Positions 54,002-64,000 of a stretch of 64,000 bases of DNA are shown here, piece after piece; position 1 is the first letter of the stretch; every line of letters begins with the position of its first letter. The stretch lies in NCBI RefSeq assembly GCF_006345805.1, contig NC_043005.1, positions 70,680,001 to 70,744,000 on the forward strand. The letters run 5' to 3'. Below the pieces are notes generated by a model. That model was not told the origin of the DNA and did no database searches. It saw only the letters and a program-made list of their open reading frames with translations. This DNA is from Octopus sinensis. Its lineage: Eukaryota. The position numbers and the translations under genes are program-made.

Positions 54002-54611
54002 AACAATCACTTGAGACTAGGTTTCTAGTTACTGCAGAGAGTAGGTATGTGATTCAAGCTTCTGGGAATGTACACAGTTTCCTCGTTTGGCTTCCTTTAA
54101 GGGTAGTACTTGCTTGTTTTTGGACAAACATTGGACAAATACAAAAATGTATATACTTATGCACACACACCTATACACACATTTTAAACACTTTCATGCA
54201 AGCATGCATATACAGTGGGCACTAATGCACATGTATTTGCATTTGCACATGCACACAGACTTGTCAGCCTCGTTTCTCTCAGCTTTCAAGTCCCTTGAAA
54301 AACCCATTTGATACCAAGGTGTCATTAGCCTCCTGTCCAGCCCTGCAGTTCAATAAATTCTCCTTCTTATTGTATGTAGTGTCTCTGAAATGCCAATCTC
54401 ACTTATAATAACACCATGTGGTCCACCTTCATCAATAGCAGCACATTAGCCAACTTGGGCTGCATGTATTTCTCCATTTGGTAATCTGAGCTTGAACTAG
54501 CTAGGTTTTTCTGTAAGAAGCCTGTGAAACTTTAAGTTGCATGAATCCAAACCAAACTCTTTTAGCTAATAATAATAATAATAATAATGATAATAATAAT
54601 AATAATAATAA

Positions 54612-54790
54612 CAATGGAACAAATAGGGGCTGCAATAAGGGTGGAGCAGTTGCAGAAAACAGCACTGCTTGGAGTCGCTCGGATATTCCAGAAGGTGCTT
54701 GAAAAATAAGAGGTGTTACCTTAGGTCACTGGTAGTGAACAATGGACACCGTAGTTCATCTCCAGCATTAGAAGCTGTGCGAAGACAATA
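54612..54790 (+). mobile_element. Very short R4/Dong-like 3' end, third subfamily
   Basis: Reads MEQIGAAIRVEQLQKTALLGVARIFQKVLEK*, followed by a short UTR; between (AAT)n tracts. Confidence 0.7.
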
Positions 54791-55264
54791 ATGATAATAA
54801 TGATGATGACGATAATGATATGGTGTTTGTGTGTGTGTGCAGGAAAGAATTGCAATGATATACATCTGGAAAATCATAGTACCAAACGTTGGCATCAGAA
54901 TGGGGGGACTAGTATGGGATGGATGTAGATGTCTTCAAAACAACAAGATTGGATCTCTACCAATTTAGAGTTTTGGATTAATCTACCTCTTGGCAAGAAA
55001 TGTAATTGTGGGAAGCAACATCCAATTTCATCATTCACAAAATGCCACATATCAGAGGAAGATGATCTTGTTCCACATGCTTTAAAAGTGCAAAGTAAAC
55101 AAATGATTTGTTGACAGAAGAACTGGCAGTAACAATATTGCCTGTGCACTGTGATATTTTCATAGAAGTGACCAAGAGCTAAACAAATATATAGACACAC
55201 ACATAAGCATGCGTATGTACAAGTATATATATATACACACAGGCACACTTGTTCATTTATATGT

Positions 55265-55560
55265 ATATATGTATATATGAGTGAACTGGAGCAACGTGAA
55301 ATAAAGTGCCTTGCACAAGAACACAATACACAGCCTGGTCCAGGGATCAAACTCACTCACTATCTCATGTTTGTGAGCCCAGATGTCACTGGTGCCAAGC
55401 TGTATCGGTCTTTGCTTTCCCTTGGATAACATCAGTGGTATGGACAAGGGAGGCTGGTATGCATGGGCAACTGCTGGCCTTCCATAAGCAACCTTGCATG
55501 AACTTAACCCTGAATTCTAGATGCAATGCCATTCATCACTGAAGGGGGTCTTTACCCTAT
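55265..55560 (+). mobile_element. SINE family C, third subfamily, rearranged
   Basis: Body matches 44190-44515; a short opposite-strand piece lies at about 55280-55350. Confidence 0.75.
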
Positions 55561-55679
55561 GCGTATATTTATGTGCCGTCAGTAATTACTCAGGTTGGGC
55601 AATCGGCAATCGTTATGTAGTAAAACACACAAAAATAAGCGAAGCACGGGCACGTGACTGAGTTGAAGACAGATTTACT

Positions 55680-55987
55680 TCCTGATTATTATGTGTGGGG
55701 CACAGTTGAGCGAGAGACCAACAAAACTTCTTGTAACACTAACCAAAGATGAAATGAAAGCAATGATTATGGCAGTATTTACCAACTTAAACAAGGGGAC
55801 CCATCCAGAAGAGTGGGAGAAGATTCTGAAGTCCGTGGTTGAAGCCAATGGCGATTTCATTGAATAAATTTGCTCTTTAATATTTCAAGATACTTTTATG
55901 TAATTTTGGTAAATATATCCGTTAAAAGGATATGTCAGTGTTATTTTCATTTTTGGGCAATTTAGACAACAGTTTATTCACTGTACC

Positions 55988-55992
<5 letters not shown>
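55680..55992 (+). mobile_element. maT-like element 3' fragment
   Basis: GATTATTATGTGTGGGGC...TACCCTG-TA followed by (TA)n. Confidence 0.85.
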
Positions 55993-56049
<57 letters not shown>

Positions 56050-56063
56050 CACAGATATATACG

Positions 56064-56166
<103 letters not shown>

Positions 56167-56728
56167 CTATCAGGTATATTTTGCCATCACAAACACCTGG
56201 GAATCAAAATTGAGTGGCTGGGTTTGACAATCAGGATTTGTGTTAGGGATCAGTGATGTCAGCATTCATTTAGCTATTCTCATCCCTTTCAAGAATCACT
56301 GCACCAGTACAATTTCAATTTGCCAAAGTATTGATCAAATCATCAATGAAAATGACGATTTGGTCATCTTCTAAACAGGGGATGATCAACAAGCTGTTCT
56401 TTACACAGCCTTTTTACCTGGACAGATATAAACTCTAAATAGAATTTTTTTACCACTAACAGGCATTGGATTCTGCCTGTCATGTAAATGGATATAACTG
56501 CTCACCTTCTTGTCTCATTATTGCTGTGAATACTTCTTCAGTCAATCATTGTAGTGACATTAAAATATTTTCTTAACATGATAAATAAATATTTTTTTTC
56601 TTTCATTTGAAGTCTCAACAGAAACTGTGTCCATTTGATCAACACTAACTTGACACCAAATGTTAACCCTGTTCATGCATCCAGAGAAACAATTTATCAT
56701 AACATGTATTTACTTATATGTGTGTGTG

Positions 56729-56766
<38 letters not shown>

Positions 56767-56920
56767 AACAGACAGGCAAAGTGGCAATTACGTGAATAAA
56801 CAAATTAGATATATGTATAACAGCTGTCTTTATCCAATGGAATTGATCACCTAATGTGTGTTTACATATTTTACCCTCATTTGGTGATATCCTGTTCTTA
56901 ATGTGTATTTTTTCACTTAT

Positions 56921-57124
<204 letters not shown>

Positions 57125-58104
57125 AGTGGAAAAATACACGGACTGTTGGAGCTTAGACTGAATATAAATTTAGTAAAATGAATGTGTATTTGCGAACTGA
57201 TTTAATTTCTACCAACACTGACTTCAAGTATGTAATTACAGCCAATAACTCAGGCTCCTTTTATTGAGCCCGATTGCAGTTCATTCATTTTCATTCAGTA
57301 TCTGACAGACGTTTAAGAGGTGCTCTATGTCAAAAAATATCACTCGTAGTAGACGTTCTTTCGACATCGTGACATCGTTCACACGCGTCTGATTCGAACT
57401 CAGAAGTTACTGCCCGAGTTGTTATCTATAATCGTAAAAATTAAAAGTAATTAAAATTCAATTAAAAATGAAATTCAATTAAAATTAAAATTCAGAGTCA
57501 AGACTATTGAAAAGGTTGCAAGACACAATGAAATTTTTGTAAAATAAAAATAAGAAATAAGTGGAAATTTTACCAATGAGTGTGTTAAATTATAAGACAC
57601 AAAAAGAAAATGACTCTCCCCAGACACAACAGAATAGGCTGCAACACACAAACTCATACAAAGAAAATTGCAAATCAAATCCAAAAACGAAATAAAATTC
57701 AATGTTTTCTTGAAACAATAAATTTCTATAGAAATTAGGATTTAAATTCTAATCTGTGAAAAGTTTACGTTCTCCAATATTCTTAGTTATCCAGCAACTC
57801 GGGCTAATATGAACGAACCTGAAGGGTGTAAAAGATAAATTGGCATCTCTTATCCAGAGTACAGGTGATCAGTTGTGTTTTGCAGGGTTGCTTTATTTTT
57901 ACCCTTAACTTAGAAATGGAGAAAAACAGTGCTAGATATTAAAAAAATAAGCCATTTAGGGATAGATTTATTGAGGGAAAACATGAAATTTTTCGAGCAG
58001 GAATGTGTTTTATGCAAAGTCGGTGATGAGCCCGAATGACAAAAATCTGTGATGAGCCTGGGTGAGGTTGATGACCTGGAGTCGCCTCTGATATATATAT
58101 ATAC

Positions 58105-58968
58105 AGGGTGTCGTGAATAAACTGTTGTCTGTTGTCTAAATTACGCAAAAATTAAAGTAACACTGACATCTCATTTCATTTTAAAAGATATATTTACCAA
58201 AATCACATGAAAATATCTTGAAATACTAAAGCGTAAATTTATTCAATAGAATCGCCATTGGCTTCAACCACGGCCTCCCGACAATTTGGGAATCTCCTGC
58301 AACTCTTCTGGATGGTCTCCTTGTTTAAGTTGGTGAATGCTACCATAATCCTTGCCTTCAGTTCATCTTTGATGTTACAAGGTGTTTCATTGGTCTCTTA
58401 GTCAACTGCGACTCACACATAATAATCACGGGGGTTGCAGTGTGGGGATGTTAGGGGTCATGTGGTCGGAGAAATTGTCTGATAGCCATGACTGAGTTCT
58501 TCTGTGACATGTTACAGAATCCTGTTGCCAGACATAAGGTCTTCCAGCAGCCACCCTCTTGACCAAGAACAACAGTACCTTCTCCGGGCACTTGGTGTAA
58601 GCCTCTGCGTTGAGTCTGAGGTCGTGTGGGAAGTTGAATGGAGGCATAATTTTGCCATCACTTGTGATCGCTACAAACTCTATGATGTTGACTGGATGTT
58701 TGGTTTTTATCACTCTCAGCATATGCACCATCCTCAGATTAACACCCAATGACTCTGAAATGTCTGTATTGGAGCTTCCTGTGCGAATGCCAAGTAGTAC
58801 AGCGTATCATTTCCAAATTTCTGGTAGAGTGAATTGCGACATGGTGCTGTTTTTCTCACAGACGGTACACAACTGAGCCTACTATATTGTGTAGTCGACA
58901 AAATCCAAAACAAGCAATGTGCTTGCATGAAATATGAAATATAAAATTACGACAATTTATCCTGTATA
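58105..58968 (-). mobile_element. Internally deleted maT-like element with both ends
   Basis: TA-CAGGGTG at left and ...TCCTG-TA at right; ORF 58426-58749 reads KTKHPVNIIEFVAITSDGKIMPPF...GRPYVWQQDS. Confidence 0.9.
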
Positions 58969-59219
58969 TATGTATATATATATATATATATATAATATTT
59001 ATATTTACTTGTATTTATATTCTTTTATATATATATTCTAATTATTATACAACATTACTTTTTATGTACATTCCTTTATGTACACTGATTTGTTCTGCTT
59101 TTTATATTTAACCCTACAGCCTCTTATGTGGTGGTTTAATAAAGTATGTGATTGAGTATTATCTGGTAATTGATATTTGATTTAGATGTGTTTCTCCATT
59201 TTCTTATCTTGTATATATA

Positions 59220-59258
<39 letters not shown>

Positions 59259-59265
59259 GATATTA

Positions 59266-59709
59266 GAGAGTGACCACTATGTGGTTCACTCTAGTGCTAA
59301 AAATAGCTCCGCTAATGGTATAGCCACTCATTTATAAATTTAATTATACTGCAGTAAATATTTTATGCAGTACTCGTTTCCAGTAAGTCTTATCGCTCTT
59401 TTAGCGAGGAAATTTGAATCATAACTACGAATACAATCGCTTAAACCACACGTGTATTTGACGCTCACTGCGACTTAATAAATTGTATTTAAGACAAACC
59501 TCTGCTGAAGATTTATGAATGTTATGTAAGTAAAATTGCATATTACATTAATAATGAAACAATTGTTCAGGGTTAATCTATTTTTTCGTTGTGTTTCACT
59601 TACCTTACGTTAAATGTAGTGGTATTTCTTCTTGGAAACAACTTTTAGTGGCTATACCATTAGCAGAGCTATTTTTAGCACTAGAGTGAACCACATAGTG
59701 GTCACTCTC
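59266..59709. mobile_element. MITE, 444 bp, 63-bp TIRs with one mismatch, TA TSD
   Basis: 59266-328 vs 59647-709; the reconstructed empty site is the palindrome ATATTAATAT. Confidence 0.92.
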
Positions 59710-59796
59710 TAATATTTATGTATAAATTTGTATTTTTCCCTTGGTTTTTATGTGCTAAGCCACTTGGTGTTAAATTGATGGTATTATTAAATTTAA

Positions 59797-60024
59797 GGCG
59801 GCGAGCTGGCAGAAACGTTAGCACGCCGGGCGAAATGCTTAGCGGTATTTCGTCTGCGTTACGTTGTGAGTTCAAATTCCGCCGAGGTCGACTTTGCCTT
59901 TCATCCTTTCGGGGTCGATAAATCAAGTACCAGTTACGCACTGGGGTCGATGTAATCGACTTAATACCTATGTCTGTCCTTGTTTGTCCCCTCTGTGTTT
60001 AGCCCCTTGTGGGTAATAAAGAAA
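59797..60024 (+). mobile_element. SINE family A, full length
   Basis: GGCGGCGAGCTGGCAGAAACGTTAGC A-box, GAGTTCAAATTCC B-box, core and AGCCCCTTGTGGG tail. Confidence 0.92.
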
Positions 60025-60817
60025 CAGGTCTTATTAAATTAATATCAAATTTTTCACCCTCATTTATAAATATATATATATATGTATGTATGTATATGTG
60101 TATATATATATATATATATAATAATATATATATGTATGTATGTATATACTCACACACATACATATTTATATATGTATCTCACAAGAGTCAATCGTTCGTT
60201 AAGCTTTTGTCCACCAAATCCATTCGCAAGATTTTGGGCTGATCTAGGCCAAAATAAAAAGTCACATAAGTAAGGCTCCATGCAGCAGGATTGATTCTGA
60301 AACACCTTGGCTGAGATGCAAACTCTCTAATCACAAATCATACTTAAACCAATATGTTTTGTATGTGTATTTCTGCATGTGTTTGTGCATACAAACAAAC
60401 ACGTATACATATATAATTTCTAAAAAACCACGCACACAGTTTACAACTTCCCCTTAAATGAGTGTTTGTATGTTTGTGTGTCTGTGCCTGTGTTACTGAG
60501 TGTGTATGTGTATGTGTGTGTGTGTTTGTACAAAATTTAATGTGAAAATATTTGTAATATATTGTTTCACTTTAGAAGAATCATATTCACCATTTATTGA
60601 ACAACACAACACAGTGCCATTCACTTTTGTATTGGTTTTTAATTTCATTGTTGATGCTTATCATCTTTCATCATCGATATAAAAATCTGATCATGGTCTC
60701 TCTTTGCATCTTTCTGTTTCACTTTAACTGTTTTGTGCAGAGAGACAACTGCCAAGAATCAAACTACATACCTATTAGTAATTATTAATCAAAATAAACA
60801 CACACACACACAAACGC

Positions 60818-60856
<39 letters not shown>

Positions 60857-61494
60857 ATTTAAAGACTTTGTTTATGTGTAACTTTCAATGTGTTTACTCT
60901 ATTGCGTGAATATAAATACATTAGACTAAGATATTTTATTTATTAGCTATTGATACGGTTTTGTTTGGCATATATTGATTTAATAAAAATATATATCATT
61001 TCTTTGAAATATTAAATAATAATGTTACTACAGATATGATTGTGAAATATAAAGCTGAATTTAGAGTGGATTTTAGAAAATTGATTATTATATATATGAG
61101 CTCAATTTATTTGATGTTTTAGTATTTTTGCTAGGAAAATATTGCACTCCCAAATACAATGAAACTAAAACACAGTGCAATGTGTTTTTTTTTTTAATTT
61201 TTCAAAATTTTTAATATATGTTCGTTCTTTATGGCTGTTTATATCAGTTTTTGAATATGACATCGCATTCTTTACAGTAGCCGGCATAAGGAAAGACATC
61301 CTGCTGTAGAAACTGAACTGAAATTAAATGAAACGCGATCCTATGACTTGTTAAGGAGGTTATCAGCTTCAAATAAGAACTGTCTGTGGTGGAGATGACA
61401 ACTGTAAACTATACCAGCATATAAAATCAGTGTAATTAAGTGTAATTAACTATGATTGTGGTGATATAAAATATATGTTCCTTCTCAAGCCATG

Positions 61495-61722
61495 CCAGGC
61501 TCATAAGGGCCGGTTTCCCGGTTTCAGTGGCGTAGAAATTCCCCACCTGGATGGCACACTGGTCCATCGCAGGATTACTCATTTTTGCCAGCTGAGTGGA
61601 CTGGAATAACATGAAATGAAGTGTTTTGCTCATGAACACAACGCATCACCCAGTCCAGGAAACGAAACCACAACCTTACAATCATGAGTTCAACACCCTA
61701 ACCTCTGAGCCATGTGCCTCCA
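61495..61722 (-). mobile_element. SINE family C
   Basis: Reverse complement of 31444-31690. Confidence 0.85.
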
Positions 61723-62231
61723 CTGGTTGGGATGATGATAGATGACTATGGAAAATTTATACCTGAAAGACAATTTAAGACTTTTACATGTGTGGGTGTA
61801 TCTACTTCCATCTCTCATTTTATATCTCAGTCTATCTATTACCAATCTGTCACTCAAATACACACACACACACACACAAAGACGTATGTGTGTGTTGTGT
61901 GTATAAGGTCCTAAGAGAGTAAAAATACAGAGTATTTCTAATGCAGCATTCAACCCAGGCTGTTGGATTCTGTTGGATTCCAGACTAATATCAAATTTCT
62001 CCAGGTGTGGATAATCCATGTTTCACAATGGTTAAACTGCTGAAAGGGTTTAGTGAATAGTAAAATATAATCCAAATAAGAAGGCACAGAAAATCTTTAA
62101 CACATCGTTTTAAGGATCAGTTATAACTGTTACCATACAAACTCTGCCTTCTATACCAGATCACACAAAAGTTGCAAATGAATAGTTATGTAATACAGAT
62201 CTATATTTAAGAGATGAGGAACTATGTACAT

Positions 62232-62643
62232 CTCTCTTTACTCTTTACTCTTTTAATTGTTTCAGTCATTTGACTGCGGCCATGCTGGAGCACCGCCTTT
62301 AATCGAGCAAATCGACCTCGGGACTTATTCTTTTGTAAGCCCAGTACTTATTCTATCGGTCTCTTTTGCCGAACCGCTAAGTAACGTGGACATAAACACA
62401 CCAGCATCGGTTGTCAAGCAATGCTAGGGGGACAAACACAGATACACAAACGCACACACACATATATATATACATATATACAACAGGCTTCTTTCAGTTT
62501 CCGTCTACCAAATCCACTCACAAGGCATTGGTCGGCCCGGGGCTATAGCAGAAGACACTTGCCCAAGATGCCACGCAGTGGGACTGAACCCAGAACTATG
62601 TGGTTGGTTAGCAAGCTACTTACCACACAGCCACTCCTGCGCC
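62232..62643 (-). mobile_element. SINE family B, full length
   Basis: Minus head GGCGCAGGAGTGGCTGTGTGGTAAG, (AGAGTAA) tail, TACAT at both junctions. Confidence 0.92.
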
Positions 62644-63117
62644 TATATACATTTACATTATTTACATTTATTCGTCATTAATATCCGTCAAATGTAAATA
62701 ATGTATATAATTCCTCGTCTGTTAAACATAGAACTGTATTATCTAATTGGTACGGAGCCGACATTAGACTTCAATGGAGACATATAGAGAAACTCCAACA
62801 AAAACTAGCTCATCTTAAGAGGAGGACAAATATCCGTCAAATGTAAATAATGTAAATAATGTAAGTTATCAGATAATTGCAGTTTTAAACATTACAGTGT
62901 CACTTCTTCAAGCGTGTATCGAAGGTGCATTTTAACACTGTTCACAATCTAAAAATGCAACTTTGATGCAGCTCTGAAGTAGTGACACTTTAAAAGTGCA
63001 AATATTATGTAAATTTTCACTTGGAGTTAATACAAAAGCAGTTGTAAGAGATCATTAAAGATGTGTTAAAGTCTTTCTTCCTTTTCTTATTTGTATTATA
63101 TATATATATATATCTCA

Positions 63118-63324
63118 TCACATGACCGACCAGTCCATCAGAAGAAAGAGTGGGAGAAAGAGTGGTGAAAGAGTACAGCAGGGATCACCACCCCCTGCCG
63201 GAGCATCGTGGAGCTTTTAGGTGTTTTCACTCAATAAACACTCACAACGCCCGGTCTGGGAATCGAAACCGCGATCCTACGACCGCGAGTCCGCTGCCCT
63301 AACCACTAGGCCATTGCGCCTCCA
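63118..63324 (-). mobile_element. SINE family C
   Basis: Minus head GGAGGCGCAATGGCCTAGTGGTTAGGGCAGCGGACTCGCGGTCGTAGGATCGCGGTTTCGATTCCC. Confidence 0.88.
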
Positions 63325-63522
<198 letters not shown>

Positions 63523-63534
63523 CATCATCATCAT

Positions 63535-63870
63535 CGTCATTTAACGTCTGTTGTCCACGTGAGCATGGGTTGGATAGTTTGACCAGGGATAGTAAACTGG
63601 AAGGCTGCACCAGAATCCAGTCTTTTTTGGCATAGTTCTCTACAGCTGGATGCACTTCCTAATGCCAACCACTCTGTGAGTGTAATGGGATCTTGGAAAA
63701 TATTTTCGTATCACCAGCACGGGTGCCATTTGTGCAACACCAGTATCTGCCATAACTGCAATTTCACTCAGCTCGATGGGTCTTCTTTTCAAGCCTGACA
63801 TAATGCCAAAGGTCTTGGTCATTGCCACTATAAGGCCCAACACTCAAAAAGAACTCAGCCACTTTGCCTC
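63535..63870 (-). mobile_element. SINE family D
   Basis: CATTTAACGTCTG...GCTGGATGCACTTCCTAATGCCAACCACTC. Confidence 0.8.
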
Positions 63871-64000
63871 CCTGTTGCCTTTACACATAGACCCATATAG
63901 TTATGCATATATAAGTTATTTTATTCTACACAGGTAGAAATATAGGTAAAATAGAAGTTGAAAATGCACTTAGAAGAGTTAAAATACCTTTTATTAATAT

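Noticed and set aside
56180-56640. Possible old LINE RT fragment on the minus strand
   Set aside because: Only faint similarity; no motif survives.
63255-63324. tRNA-like heads (also at 31444, 37838 and 59797) as tRNA genes
   Set aside because: They lack a complete cloverleaf and acceptor stem and continue into SINE bodies repeated across the window.

Overview
AT-rich, repeat-dominated eukaryotic DNA, most likely from an octopus or other cephalopod (inferred from the SINE families and the very high density of (TA)n, (CA)n, (ATT)n and (ATC)n microsatellites). I see no intact host protein-coding gene, and most of the ORF track is microsatellite translation. Recognisable content: (1) a 5'-truncated but barely decayed Penelope-like retroelement (RT plus C-terminal GIY-YIG, 17564-20325) with an inverted pseudo-LTR copy and a well-formed hammerhead ribozyme at 20032-20124; (2) three more minimal hammerhead-like motifs in short units next to microsatellites; (3) R4/Dong-type restriction-like-endonuclease LINE 3' ends sitting in (AAT)n tracts, plus RTE and CR1 remnants; (4) mariner, DD37D/maT-like and Tc1 remnants and several MITEs; (5) dozens of SINE copies from at least four families, some in fold-back arrangements; (6) four minus-strand exon-like segments with canonical splice sites at 38.7-44.1 kb. 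No prokaryotic system or CRISPR array is present. All alignments and folds were done by eye, and SINE boundaries are approximate.
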